A stretch of 40,000 bases of DNA, from positions 113,352-153,351 of the forward strand of contig CAMLJN010000001.1 of NCBI GenBank assembly GCA_946480445.1. The letters run 5' to 3'. Source of the stretch: an uncultured Buttiauxella sp. (lineage in GTDB: Bacteria > Pseudomonadota > Gammaproteobacteria > Enterobacterales > Enterobacteriaceae). The number at the start of each line of letters is the position of its first letter. Within the stretch, counting starts at the first letter, position 1. Below, in pieces: positions 23,243 to 33,751 of the stretch. The position numbers were made by a program, and so were the translations under genes. The notes beneath the pieces were generated by a model. It ran no database searches. It was not told where the DNA came from and saw nothing but the letters and a program-made list of their open reading frames with translations.

Positions 23243-23265
23243 AGCCCGCTTAAAAGCGGGCTTTT
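23243..23265 (+). terminator. Terminator-like hairpin 2, stem shared with hairpin 1
   Basis: agcccgctt-aa-aagcgggct followed by ttt; 9-bp stem identical to the inner stem of 23077-23103. Confidence 0.6.
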
Positions 23266-23293
23266 CCAGTTGAAAACGCCTTATCCCAACTGC

Positions 23294-24025
23294 TTATTGT
23301 GCAGGCTGGCTCTGAGCGCGTTCCAGCTCAAACACCACATCAACCTGGTCGTCGAACTGAATGGTCTGCTGATCGTAGGTATCCTGGGCTGAAACCGGCG
23401 CCGCTGCATCCGCTTTCATCATCCGTACCATCGGGGCTGGCTGGTAGTTAGAAACGTGATAACGCACGCTGTATACCGGGCCCAGCTTGCTGTTAAAGCC
23501 TTCGGCCAACAGTTTTGCCTGACGCATAGCATCGTTGATCGCTTCTTTACGCGCTTTATCTTTGTACTCATCAGGATGAGCAACGCCCAGCGAGACTGAG
23601 CGGATTTCATTCAGACCGGATTTTAACGCCCCATCAAGCAGCTCGTTCATCTTGTCGAGTTTGCGCAGGGTCACTTCAACCTGGCGCACGGCACGATAGC
23701 CTTTCAGCTGCGTTTTGCCGTCTTTCAGGTATTCATACTCTGGCTGAGTACGCAGGTTTGCCGCATTGATGTCTTTCTTCTCAACGCCACTTTGCTGCAG
23801 GAAAGTCAGGTATTGCGCCACGCGATCGTCGGCCTGTTTCTTGGCGGACGCCGCGTCTTTTGCCGAGACGTTAACTTCAATTGCGAGCGTGGCAATATCA
23901 GGAACGGCATCCACGCTGGCTGCGCCGGACGTGACGACGTGTGGGCCGTTTGGCAGCTCGCCTGCCAACGCCGGAACCGAAACAAATCCTACTAAAGCGG
24001 CTAATGCCAGGGTTTTAAACTTCAC
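23294..24025 (-). CDS. yggE: SIMPL-domain periplasmic/oxidative stress defense protein YggE
   Basis: 243 aa with signal peptide MKFKTLALAALVGFVSVPALA and SIMPL domain (GAASVDAVPDIATLAIEV). Confidence 0.92.
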   Translation of the reverse strand: MKFKTLALAALVGFVSVPALAGELPNGPHVVTSGAASVDAVPDIATLAIEVNVSAKDAASAKKQADDRVAQYLTFLQQSGVEKKDINAANLRTQPEYEYLKDGKTQLKGYRAVRQVEVTLRKLDKMNELLDGALKSGLNEIRSVSLGVAHPDEYKDKARKEAINDAMRQAKLLAEGFNSKLGPVYSVRYHVSNYQPAPMVRMMKADAAAPVSAQDTYDQQTIQFDDQVDVVFELERAQSQPAQ

Positions 24026-24134
24026 TGTAATACCTCCATGCTACGTTCCACTGTCATTACACCCGGGAAAAAACACGGATGTCTGGCAGCAAGCTTAGCC
24101 TGGAATGGTAACTTGTCTATCAGAATAAGGCGAA

Positions 24135-24769
24135 TTAACTCAGCAGCGTATGCAGATGCTGCACGCCATCCCAGGCCAGCTGAAGGGCGATAAACCACAT
24201 CACCAGCCCCACTACGCCATTGATGATTCGCTGAGCCTTCGCGGTGCGAAGCCGCGGAGCAAGCCATGCGGCCAGAATAGCCAGGCCAAAAAACCAGATA
24301 ACAGAAGCGCTGACCGTGCCCAATGCAAACCAGCGTTTTGGCTCCTCGGCAAGCTGGCCACCAAGACTACCCAGCACCACAAAGGTGTCGAGATAAACAT
24401 GAGGATTCAGCCAGGTCACCGCCAGCATAGTCGCCACAATCCGCCAGCGCCCCTGTTTGAGTACCTCTGCCGAGGCCAGCTCAATGCTGTTGCTCATCGC
24501 CGTACGCAGCGCCCCCCAGCCGTACCACAGCAGAAAGGCGACGCCGCCCCAGGTCACTAACGCCAGCAGCCACGGCGACTGCATTAAATAGCGCTGCCGC
24601 CGAAAATTCCGCCACAGATTAATATCACATCGCTTAGCGCACACAGGGAGGCAATCATCAGGTGATACTGACGGCGAATGCCCTGATTGAGGACAAAAGC
24701 ATTTTGCGGACCAAGGGGAAGGATCAGCGCTGCACCCAATGCAACACCTTGAAAATAATAAGATAACAC
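24135..24769 (-). pseudogene. argO: Arginine exporter ArgO (LysE family), apparently disrupted by a 1-nt frameshift near 24592
   Basis: N-terminal part in ORF 24584..24769 ([36 protein letters not shown]...GGIFGGSAI*) and the rest in another frame 24135..24644 ([15 protein letters not shown]...[23 protein letters not shown]). Full span is 635 nt, one short of the 636 nt needed for a 211-aa ArgO. Confidence 0.8.
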
Positions 24770-24906
24770 AATAGTTCCCTCTTCAATGTCAGGTCATTGA
24801 GGAGAGTGTAACGAGGAAGTTTTATTAGAGGAAATGGATAAATTTAATGCCTGATAAGGGATGCTAATAGCAAGAAGGCCAGCCTCAGCTGACCTTCCTG
24901 TTTTTG

Positions 24907-25761
24907 TTATGCCGCGTCTTTTATACCTTTAAAATTAACATCCATCTGCGGGTAAGGAATGTTGATACCGTTGGCATCGAGCGCTTTCTTGATACGCTCC
25001 AGCACGTCCCAGTAAACGTTTTGCAGGTCACCGCTTTTACTCCAGGCACGCACCACGAAGTTAACGGAAGAAGGCCCCAGCTCATGCAGGCGTACCGTAA
25101 TTTCGCGATCTTTAAGGACAAGCTCGTGGCTGGTAACGATCTCGGTAAGGATCTGTTTCACCTGGTCGATATCAGCATCGTAAGCCACGCCAATAATAAA
25201 CTCGTTGCGACGAGCAGGCTCGCGGGAGAAGTTGATGATATTCCCGGCGATAATTTTACCGTTAGGCACCACCACGATTTTGCCATCTGCCGTGCGTAAA
25301 GTGGTGGAGAAGATCTGTACGTTTAACACGGTTCCCGCGATGCCGCCCAGGTCAACATATTCACCGGCGCGGAAAGGACGGAAGGTCACCAACAATACGC
25401 CAGCGGCGAGGTTAGAAAGCGACCCTTGCAGCGCAAGGCCAATCGCCAGACCGGCGGCACCAAGGACGGCAATCACCGACGCCGTTTGCACGCCTACCCG
25501 ACCCAGAGCGGCAATCAATGTAAAGGCAATAATCCCGTAGCGCACCAGCGCGGAGAGGAAATCAGCCACAGTTGCGTCAATCTGACGAGCCCGCATCACA
25601 CGATTAATACCGCCAGACACCATGCGGGCCACGATCATCCCGACAATCAGGATGGCAATCGCCGCCACAATGTTGACCGCATAGCTCAACAGTAAAGCCT
25701 GGTTGCGCACCAGCCAGCCCCCGGCATGATTAATACTGTCTACGACGTTTAGATCTTCCAT
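24907..25761 (-). CDS. mscS: Small-conductance mechanosensitive channel MscS
   Basis: 284 aa; [53 protein letters not shown]. Confidence 0.96.
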   Translation of the reverse strand: MEDLNVVDSINHAGGWLVRNQALLLSYAVNIVAAIAILIVGMIVARMVSGGINRVMRARQIDATVADFLSALVRYGIIAFTLIAALGRVGVQTASVIAVLGAAGLAIGLALQGSLSNLAAGVLLVTFRPFRAGEYVDLGGIAGTVLNVQIFSTTLRTADGKIVVVPNGKIIAGNIINFSREPARRNEFIIGVAYDADIDQVKQILTEIVTSHELVLKDREITVRLHELGPSSVNFVVRAWSKSGDLQNVYWDVLERIKKALDANGINIPYPQMDVNFKGIKDAA

Positions 25762-25885
25762 TCAACTATCCTTCTGCTTACCCATGCGGGCAAAAATAAA
25801 CCGTTCCCAAGGAGAAGGGCATGATTGTAAAGGGTAAACAAAAATAGTCATCTGTGCCAGGAATTCACCAGCCTGTCTGCGCTCA

Positions 25886-25915
25886 TAAAAAAGGCCGCTA
25901 AACGGCAGCGGCCTC
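25886..25915 (-). terminator. Rho-independent terminator downstream of tdcF
   Basis: Minus strand: aggccgctgccgtttagcggccttttttat; GC hairpin followed by T-run. Confidence 0.75.
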
Positions 25916-25931
25916 TGAGTGGGTCAGGAGG

Positions 25932-26327
25932 TTACCAGCAGTCCAGATGTGAGGCGATAGCCTCTATCTCAAGCTTCACGTCTTTGGGCAAGCGGGCGAC
26001 CTGCACACAGCTGCGGGCAGGATAGCTGGCTTCATGCTCATCGAAAAACTGCTTATAGGTCTGATTTATCGCCTCAAAATCTTTTAAATCGGTGACAAAC
26101 ACCGTCGTTTTGATGATGTTACCTACTTCCAGACCCGCAGCCTGAATGATGGCCTTCACGTTTTCCAGGCTTAAACGCGTTTGCTCGATCACCTTTTCAG
26201 GAATGACGCCCGTTTGCGGATCAACCGGTATTTGTCCTGATGTAAAGACCAGCTTGCCAAGATCGACACCCTGCACGTAAGGGCCAATAGCCCCCGGCGC
26301 CCTTTTCGTTTCGATAATATGACTCAT
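25932..26327 (-). CDS. tdcF: RidA-family reactive intermediate deaminase TdcF
   Basis: 131 aa from MSHIIETKRAPGAIGPYVQGVDLGKLVFTSGQIPV; last gene of the tdc cluster. Confidence 0.9.
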   Translation of the reverse strand: MSHIIETKRAPGAIGPYVQGVDLGKLVFTSGQIPVDPQTGVIPEKVIEQTRLSLENVKAIIQAAGLEVGNIIKTTVFVTDLKDFEAINQTYKQFFDEHEASYPARSCVQVARLPKDVKLEIEAIASHLDCW

Positions 26328-26340
26328 ATTGCCTCGCAAA

Positions 26341-28635
26341 TTAAATCGCCTGCGTGAAAGTACGGGAGATAACATCCTGCTGCTGCTCACGCGTTAACGC
26401 ATTGAAGCGAACCGCATAACCGGAGACGCGGATTGTCAGCGTCGGATACTTTTCCGGGTGCTCAATGGCATCCAGCAGCATCTCTTTGTTCATCACGTTG
26501 ACATTCAGATGCTGCCCGCCTTCGGTTTTCACATCGTGGTGGAAATAGCCGTCTAATAGCCCCACCAGATTGAGCTGGCGCACGGCATCCTCTCTCCCTA
26601 ATGCCGCAGGGACAATGGAGAAAGTGTAGGAAATACCGTCTTTTGCGTAGCTAAACGGCAGTTTTGCCACCGAGGTTAAAGAGGCCACCGCGCCTTTGCG
26701 ATCCCTGCCATGCATCGGGTTCGCACCCGGTGCAAAAGGTGTCCCGCCCCGACGGCCGTCCGGGGTGTTACCCGTTTTTTTGCCGTATACCACGTTCGAG
26801 GTGATCGTCAGGATCGACTGCGTAGGCACCGCATTGCGATAGGTTGGCAGCGCCTGGATCTTTTTCATAAAGCGCTCGACCAGATCGCAGGCAATCGCAT
26901 CGACGCGATCGTCGTTATTCCCGTACTGCGGATAATCACCCTCAATCACAAAATCTACGGCCAGCCCGGTATGATCGCGCACCGGTTTAACGGTGGCGTA
27001 TTTAATGGCGGAAAGTGAGTCAACGGCCACCGACAGCCCGGCAATCCCGCAGGCCATGGTGCGATAGACATCCCGGTCGTGCAGCGCCATCAGCGACGCC
27101 TCATAGCTGTATTTATCGTGCATATAGTGGATGAGGTTCAGCGCGGTGACATACTGCATCGCCAGCCAGTCCATAAAGTGGTCCAGGCTGTTCATGACCT
27201 TGTCGTAATCCAGCACTTCATCGAGCAGCATCGGCGTTTTTGGCCCGACCTGAATATTGAGCTTTTCATCCATCCCGCCGTTGATGCAATACAGCAGCGT
27301 TTTCGCGAGGTTTGCGCGGGCGCCAAAGAACTGCATTTGTTTGCCGATCACCATCGGGCTCACGCAGCAGGCTATTGCGTAGTCATCGCTGTTAAAGTCG
27401 CAGCGCATCAGATCGTCATTTTCATACTGCAACGACGAGGTTTCGATGGAAACTTTGGCCGCAAAGACTTTGAACGGCTTAGGCAAGGCTTCCGACCAGA
27501 GGATCGTTAAATTTGGCTCCGGTGCCGGCCCCATAGTGTAGAGCGTATTCAGGTAGCGGAAGGCGTTTTTGGTCACCAGCGTTCGCCCGTCCAGCCCCAT
27601 GCCGCCGATCACTTCCGTCGCCCAGATAGGATCGCCCGAGAAGAGCGAATCGAACTCCGGCGTACGCAGGAAGCGCACCATACGGATCTTCATGATGAAG
27701 TGATCGACCAGCTCCTGCGCCTGCTCTTCGGTCAGTAGCCCTGCCCGCAGATCGCGTTCAATGTAAATATCAATAAATGTCGTCGTGCGTCCCAGAGACA
27801 TCGCGCCGCCATTTTGCGATTTCACCGCGGCGAGATAGGCAAAATAGAGCCATTGCAGCGCTTCCTGGGCGTTACGCGCCGGGCGAGAAATATCAAAGCC
27901 GTAGCGGGCTGCCATTTCCTGAATTTGCAGCAGCGCCCTGCGATGCTCGGCAAGCTCCTCACGCAGTCGAATCACGGCATCCAGATTTTCTCCCCGCTCC
28001 AGCTGGCCTTGCAGGTCGGCAAACTGAAGTTCACGCTCGCGCACCAGATACGCAATACCGTACAGCGCCACGCGCCGGTAATCACCAATAATGCGTCCGC
28101 GGCCATAGCCATCAGGCAGACCGGTCAGCACGCCTGATTTACGGCAGCGCAGAATATCCGGAGAATAAACGTCGAAGACGCCCTGGTTGTGCGTCTTGCG
28201 CAGCGAAGTAAACTGATACTCAAACGCCGGATCCATCTCGCGACCATAAGCTTCAAACGAGCTTTTGATCATGTTGATACCGCCATAAGGGTGCAGAGCA
28301 CGCTTAAGCGGTTTATCCGTCTGCAGGCCGACAATCTTCTCGTGTGCTTTGATTATATAGCCCGGCGCGTGCGCGGTAATGGTGGTGGCAATATTCGTAT
28401 CGAAGTCCACCGGCGCATGGGTGGCGTTTTCAAGACGAATGCCCTCCATCACTTTTTCCCACAATGCGGTGGTCGCAGGCGTCGCGGTGGCTAAAAATGA
28501 CTCATCGCCGCAATAAGGCGTATAGTTATGCTGGATAAAATCCCGAACGTTAATGTCGTATTTCCATTCCTCACCGGAAAATTGCTGCCAGGCAAGAGAA
28601 TAATCTTCGTTGGTAATATCAATATCCACTTTCAT
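26341..28635 (-). CDS. tdcE: 2-ketobutyrate formate-lyase/pyruvate formate-lyase
   Basis: 764 aa from [41 protein letters not shown]; glycyl-radical motif [12 protein letters not shown] and active-site Cys-Cys [10 protein letters not shown]. Confidence 0.95.
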   Translation of the reverse strand: MKVDIDITNEDYSLAWQQFSGEEWKYDINVRDFIQHNYTPYCGDESFLATATPATTALWEKVMEGIRLENATHAPVDFDTNIATTITAHAPGYIIKAHEKIVGLQTDKPLKRALHPYGGINMIKSSFEAYGREMDPAFEYQFTSLRKTHNQGVFDVYSPDILRCRKSGVLTGLPDGYGRGRIIGDYRRVALYGIAYLVRERELQFADLQGQLERGENLDAVIRLREELAEHRRALLQIQEMAARYGFDISRPARNAQEALQWLYFAYLAAVKSQNGGAMSLGRTTTFIDIYIERDLRAGLLTEEQAQELVDHFIMKIRMVRFLRTPEFDSLFSGDPIWATEVIGGMGLDGRTLVTKNAFRYLNTLYTMGPAPEPNLTILWSEALPKPFKVFAAKVSIETSSLQYENDDLMRCDFNSDDYAIACCVSPMVIGKQMQFFGARANLAKTLLYCINGGMDEKLNIQVGPKTPMLLDEVLDYDKVMNSLDHFMDWLAMQYVTALNLIHYMHDKYSYEASLMALHDRDVYRTMACGIAGLSVAVDSLSAIKYATVKPVRDHTGLAVDFVIEGDYPQYGNNDDRVDAIACDLVERFMKKIQALPTYRNAVPTQSILTITSNVVYGKKTGNTPDGRRGGTPFAPGANPMHGRDRKGAVASLTSVAKLPFSYAKDGISYTFSIVPAALGREDAVRQLNLVGLLDGYFHHDVKTEGGQHLNVNVMNKEMLLDAIEHPEKYPTLTIRVSGYAVRFNALTREQQQDVISRTFTQAI

Positions 28636-28665
28636 TACTTCTGTCCTCTGAACCACATTAATATT

Positions 28666-29874
28666 TCAGGCATATTCCGCGAGGCGGCATTCTTTCCCGA
28701 TATGCAGGGCATCAAGCGCAATCATTTTCTCTTCATTGGTGGGAATAACTGCGCAAACGACCGAGGAGTGAGCATCAGAAATTATTCTTTCCCCTACCCG
28801 GTTGCTCTGACTATTTTTGTCCCGATCGAGATAAATGCCAAAAACCCGCAGACGTTCAACCACCAGACGTCTGATAAGCTGCGAATTTTCGCCAATACCA
28901 CCGGTAAAAATAACGCCATCCAGACGTAATAACGCCGCCGCGTGTCCCCCAATCGTCCGGGCGATTCGGTGGACAAACGTATTAATAGCAAGCTGCGCGC
29001 GAGGCTCACCTTGATGCCAGGCTTTTTCCAGCGTCCTTAAATCTGACGATATGCCTGAAATCCCCAGCAGGCCAGATTCTTTATTCGCCACCTGTTCGAG
29101 ATCATCGAGTGATTGCCCCGTTTGTCGGGCAAGCCACGCCATGGCGCCAAAATCCACGTCGCCGCAGCGGGTGCCCATGATCAGACCTTCAAGCGGCGTC
29201 ATCCCCATCGACGTATCGACGCTCTTGCCGTTTTGCACCGCGCAAACGGAAGCACCATTGCCTAAGTGAGCAATCACCAACCCTGAATGTTCCGCGCAAA
29301 GGCCAAGCAAATCATTGGCACGCTGCGCCACATAGCGATGCGACGTGCCGTGGAAGCCATAGCGACGCACGCCGTAGTCTTCGAAGTAGCGGTAGGGTAA
29401 ACCGTACAGATACGCCTCCGGTTTTAATGTCTGATGAAAGCTGGTATCAAACACGGCTACCTGAGGGACATGCGGAAAACGCGCGCGTGCGGATTCAACG
29501 CCGCTTAAATTGGCGTAGTTATGCAGCGGTGCCAGAGGCGATACCTGCCGGATCTGTTCGATGACCTGGTCGGTAATTAAAACTGACTCTTTAAATACCT
29601 CACCGCCATGTGCTATGCGGTGTCCAATAAAAGCCACGCTGGCCATTAAGTCTCTTTTCTCAAGCTCAATGGAAAGCGCATTCAGTGCATCTTCATAATT
29701 TGGCTGAGCCAGTTTAACTGGCTCACCCTCATTAATGGTTAAATATGCGACCTCAGTATTAATACCTTCACAAATACCCGCCAAAAGCACATCGCAGGTT
29801 TGGACATCCAGAACTGAGAACTTAACAGAAGAAGATCCACAGTTTATCGTTAATACTACAGGGTAGTCATTCAT
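28666..29874 (-). CDS. tdcD: Propionate/acetate kinase
   Basis: 402 aa; [39 protein letters not shown]. Confidence 0.94.
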   Translation of the reverse strand: MNDYPVVLTINCGSSSVKFSVLDVQTCDVLLAGICEGINTEVAYLTINEGEPVKLAQPNYEDALNALSIELEKRDLMASVAFIGHRIAHGGEVFKESVLITDQVIEQIRQVSPLAPLHNYANLSGVESARARFPHVPQVAVFDTSFHQTLKPEAYLYGLPYRYFEDYGVRRYGFHGTSHRYVAQRANDLLGLCAEHSGLVIAHLGNGASVCAVQNGKSVDTSMGMTPLEGLIMGTRCGDVDFGAMAWLARQTGQSLDDLEQVANKESGLLGISGISSDLRTLEKAWHQGEPRAQLAINTFVHRIARTIGGHAAALLRLDGVIFTGGIGENSQLIRRLVVERLRVFGIYLDRDKNSQSNRVGERIISDAHSSVVCAVIPTNEEKMIALDALHIGKECRLAEYA

Positions 29875-29911
29875 ATCTAAATCTCATTCATCCTGAGCCA
29901 GCCCGGGAAAA

Positions 29912-31243
29912 TTAAAATAACTTGTAGACAATATTAAGAATGGTTAACACACCAATGACGGTGACAAAAATATTTTCCGTGCGTCCTTTATATTTCGCTA
30001 AGGCCGGCACTTTACGAATCGCGTACATCGGGAGCAGGCAAAGCAGCGAGGCGATAATTGGCGCGCCCATCGCTTCAATCAAATCCAGAATGTTCGGGTT
30101 AGCGTAGGCGACAATCCAGGTCGATCCCATGATGAAAGCCATGCTAATGAGGTTTAGCTTCCCGCCGGAAACACGGGTTTTATCGCCCTGGTAACCAAAC
30201 TTAAGAATCAGACCATTAAGCCCTTCCAGCGTCCCGAGATAGTGACCAAAGAAGGATTTGAAGATGGCGACCAGCGCGATTATTGATGCGCCGTATTCGA
30301 GGATAGTGGCAAAGGTCGATTTCGAACCGGACATCGACGAGAAATGGTTAGCCAGATAGGAAAGCACCGGGATGTTCTGCGCTTTTGCCTCGGCCATGTT
30401 TTGCGGAGAAAGCGTAAACAGGCAGCTGAAGGCGAAAAACATCACTACGGCCACCATCAACATGCTGGCACGGGAGATAATCTTTGAGACTTTGTTCTCG
30501 GTGTAGGCTTTGCCAAATTCTCCCTCGTACTCTTCACGCTTGGACACCACGAATGACGATACGATTGGCGAGAAGTTAAACGAGAACACCATAATAGAAA
30601 TGCCCAACCAGACCGTAACCAGAATACCGTCGTGACCGGTAAAGGAGAGATCGCTGAGGCTGACCTGATCGATAACCGCGGAGTTCCAGTAAGGGATCAG
30701 CGACAGCGAGATCAGCACCAGACAGGCGATAAAAGGAAACACCAGATAGCTCATGACCTTGACCATCAGATCCTTACCGAAGAAGATCACAAAGGCCATC
30801 AGCAGGAGTAAAAAGAGCGCCACAAAACCCCGGTTCAGGGGCATTAGCTGCAGCTGATTTTCCCAGAAGGTCATAAAGGTGTTGGTAATGGTCACGCCGT
30901 AAATCCACAGCAGCGGGCAAATCGCAAAAAAGTACAGGAAGGTGATGACCACCCCGCCGGTTTTACCGAAATGCTCTTCCACCGTTTCAGTAATGTTTCC
31001 TGAAGGGTTGCTGCCGGACAGACAAAGACGCGCCAGGGCGCGGTGGCAGTAAAACGCTATCGGAAAGGCCAGAAACAGCATAATTAAAATTGGAATTAAG
31101 CCGCCGTAACCTGCACGAATGGGGAAGAACAATACCCCGGCGCCGATAGCTGTACCAAACAGACCGAGCGTCCAGGTGGTGTCTGATTTACGCCACAGCG
31201 ACGTCTCTTTCTGACCAACGAGTGTTGCATCTGTATTGCTCAT
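29912..31243 (-). CDS. tdcC: Serine/threonine:H+ symporter TdcC
   Basis: 443 aa hydrophobic; [29 protein letters not shown]; HAAAP family, between tdcB and tdcD. Confidence 0.94.
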   Translation of the reverse strand: MSNTDATLVGQKETSLWRKSDTTWTLGLFGTAIGAGVLFFPIRAGYGGLIPILIMLFLAFPIAFYCHRALARLCLSGSNPSGNITETVEEHFGKTGGVVITFLYFFAICPLLWIYGVTITNTFMTFWENQLQLMPLNRGFVALFLLLLMAFVIFFGKDLMVKVMSYLVFPFIACLVLISLSLIPYWNSAVIDQVSLSDLSFTGHDGILVTVWLGISIMVFSFNFSPIVSSFVVSKREEYEGEFGKAYTENKVSKIISRASMLMVAVVMFFAFSCLFTLSPQNMAEAKAQNIPVLSYLANHFSSMSGSKSTFATILEYGASIIALVAIFKSFFGHYLGTLEGLNGLILKFGYQGDKTRVSGGKLNLISMAFIMGSTWIVAYANPNILDLIEAMGAPIIASLLCLLPMYAIRKVPALAKYKGRTENIFVTVIGVLTILNIVYKLF

Positions 31244-31267
31244 AATATAGGTCCTTAAGTAATTAGC

Positions 31268-32257
31268 TTAAATTTCCACAGAGCCGGTAATTTGCGAGAC
31301 GCGCGAAAGGTCGATATTCCCGCCGGAGATAATACTTACCGTTTTACGGCCTTTAATATAGCTATCAAGTTTGCCACTCAGTAAAGCCGCGGTGGCCAGA
31401 GCGCCAGCACCTTCCGTCACCACTTTATTACGCTGAATGAGCGCCACCATGCTGTTTCTGATCTCTTCTTCACTGACCAAAATAATATCAGTCACCAGAT
31501 CCCTGACGATGTCGAAAGTGATTTTTCCCGGACGTGAAACATCACAACCGTCTGCCAACGTACCCGCCGTACGATGCGATATTAATTCTCCGGCATGGAA
31601 TGATGCGGCCATGCCGTGCACATTCTCAGCCTGCACGCCAATAATATTAATCGTCGGATTGATGGATTTAATCGCCAGCGCGACACCGGCAATTAAACCA
31701 CCGCCGCCGATTGGCACAATAACGTTATCGACATCATATAAATCCTCCAGGATCTCCAGCCCGATAGTGCCCTGCCCGGCAATCACTTTTTCATCATCAT
31801 AAGGGGGAATAAAGATGCGCCCTTCCGTTTCGACAATTTCGCTGACCTTTGCAATGGTATCGTTGAAGTTATCCCCGTGCAGCACGACCTGGGCTGAGTA
31901 ATCCATGGTTGCCGCGACCTTGGACTTAGGTGCCCCTTTGGGCATCACAACCAGACCGTCAATCCCCAGAATGGCACAGGAGAGCGAAACGCCCTGCGCG
32001 TGGTTACCCGCAGAACAGGCTACCACGCCCTTTCTTTTTTCTGCTTCGCTTAACGAGCTGAGCTTGTTAAATGCGCCACGAATTTTAAAGGAGCCGGTGC
32101 GCTGCATATTTTCAAATTTCAAAAATATCTCACCCTTGCAGCATTCACTGAGATAGTTAGAGCGCGGCATCCCTGTTTTATAAATATAACCAGCCAGTCT
32201 TTTTTTAGCTTCCAGAATATCCTCAATGGTAACCGGAAGTTCATAATCAATATGCAT
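31268..32257 (-). CDS. tdcB: Catabolic threonine dehydratase
   Basis: 329 aa; PLP site [18 protein letters not shown]; GGGGLIAG glycine loop. Confidence 0.95.
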   Translation of the reverse strand: MHIDYELPVTIEDILEAKKRLAGYIYKTGMPRSNYLSECCKGEIFLKFENMQRTGSFKIRGAFNKLSSLSEAEKRKGVVACSAGNHAQGVSLSCAILGIDGLVVMPKGAPKSKVAATMDYSAQVVLHGDNFNDTIAKVSEIVETEGRIFIPPYDDEKVIAGQGTIGLEILEDLYDVDNVIVPIGGGGLIAGVALAIKSINPTINIIGVQAENVHGMAASFHAGELISHRTAGTLADGCDVSRPGKITFDIVRDLVTDIILVSEEEIRNSMVALIQRNKVVTEGAGALATAALLSGKLDSYIKGRKTVSIISGGNIDLSRVSQITGSVEI

Positions 32258-32357
32258 GTTGACCTCGGTGTTAAAACAATAAGCAATAAAGGGGGGGGCA
32301 AATTATTTTTATTTGCCGTTAGCATTCATTTAAATATATTTAAAGCCAATTATTAAA

Positions 32358-33296
32358 TTAAGCGACTCTGGTAAGCTTGTTAAACTTATATTGGCTGCGT
32401 ACCGAATGTTTTTTAGCCAGTTCGACCAGGGTCGCGGCAGATCTTTTAATACAATAATTTTTCGACCATGCCGCCGCATAACGAGCAACGGGTAATTTAT
32501 CTTCTACCGGAACTTTACAAAACTGACTGGAGCCAAAGGGAGAAATCATATCGCCTGGAATAACCGTCAGAAATCCTGCATTCAGCACCAGGTTATAAAT
32601 GGTGACCACCGAGTCCGTTTTAATGATATTTTCACTGTTGATATTATTCTTTTGTAACGTGGTAAGCAGCTCGCTGTAATATCCCATCTCGGTATGTGGT
32701 AGCACCCACTGCTCGTGGCTTAGGGCGCTGAGCGTTGTCGTACCGCCGCAGGATCGCGTTCGGCTGGCGACCAGAATAAATTCGGACTCAAACAGCGGCT
32801 CAATATGCAGATCCTGGAGCAGCATTTCATCGCTAAGCGTGCCGATGGCAAAATCCAGCCGCCCATCGCGAATCGCAGGTAAGAATGAAGAAAGCTGCGC
32901 TTCGAACATCGAAACCTGCGCCTGGGGGAAAAGCTCCTTAAACTCTTTCATCATGTCCGGCAAAAAGGTGAAGCCAATTAATGAAGGGTAGCCAAAGGAG
33001 ACATCGACCACATCGTTCCCCACCATGCTGCTCATCTCGTTGCACATATTTCTTAACTCGCGGGTAATGGACTCCGAGTGGGTCAGCAATACCTTTCCTG
33101 CTTCCGTCAGCTTCACGCCCGTGTTCTTACGTATGATCAGCGCTAATCCAAAGTAGGTTTCCATATCGCTGATAATTTTACTGACCGCAGGCTGAGTTAA
33201 ACCAAGTTGTTTTGCCGCAGAGCCAAATGAACCGCTTCTGACGACTTCCAGGAAGACCATCAGATGCTGTGTTTTAGGTAACGTTGTATTGTCCAT
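32358..33296 (-). CDS. tdcA: LysR-type activator TdcA
   Basis: 312 aa; FLEVVRSGSFGSAAKQLGLTQPAVSKIISDME HTH, upstream of tdcB. Confidence 0.93.
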   Translation of the reverse strand: MDNTTLPKTQHLMVFLEVVRSGSFGSAAKQLGLTQPAVSKIISDMETYFGLALIIRKNTGVKLTEAGKVLLTHSESITRELRNMCNEMSSMVGNDVVDVSFGYPSLIGFTFLPDMMKEFKELFPQAQVSMFEAQLSSFLPAIRDGRLDFAIGTLSDEMLLQDLHIEPLFESEFILVASRTRSCGGTTTLSALSHEQWVLPHTEMGYYSELLTTLQKNNINSENIIKTDSVVTIYNLVLNAGFLTVIPGDMISPFGSSQFCKVPVEDKLPVARYAAAWSKNYCIKRSAATLVELAKKHSVRSQYKFNKLTRVA

Positions 33297-33359
33297 GAAA
33301 CTTTGCGCCGATTTAATCTCCCATGCAGTGGATCATATCGAATTCGCAGTGGATTGTTA

Positions 33360-33375
33360 TGTGCAGTGACTCACA
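33360..33375. promoter_or_regulatory. Candidate CRP site upstream of tdcA
   Basis: TGTGC-AGTGAC-TCACA, one mismatch to TGTGA-N6-TCACA; tdc operons are CRP-dependent in E. coli. Confidence 0.5.
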
Positions 33376-33705
33376 ATTACCAGACGCCTGATGGCACACA
33401 AAGCAGGCATAACAATTAAAAACTATAAAAATCAAAAGGTTGACATTTTCCGATCTGCAGTTTACATGATTAAAGTCAACCTTGCGACAGGTAATAAATT
33501 AAATTTATGGTGATAATAAAATCATATCCATAGCAATAACTTATTGTATTTAAAATATTTTATTTTAATTAAAGAATATTTATCTGTGGTGATAAGCCAT
33601 GAAGCAGCTGCAACCCACAAAATAAAATAATTATGCATTATTTATAATTATTTTTTAATTCTGTCGTTCTTTATTTGCGCTATGGGTGCCCGGACAGACG
33701 TAAAA

Positions 33706-33726
33706 AAACCCGCACGAGGCGGGTTT
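33706..33726 (-). terminator. Rho-independent terminator downstream of fbaA
   Basis: Minus strand: aaacccgcctcgtgcgggttttttt. Confidence 0.85.
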
Positions 33727-33751
33727 CAATTCAAACCTTCAGCGCGACAAA

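Noticed and set aside
23171-23392. 73-aa plus-strand ORF starting in copy A of the repeat element
   Set aside because: It runs into antisense yggE sequence and shares no reading frame with copy B; the element appears non-coding.
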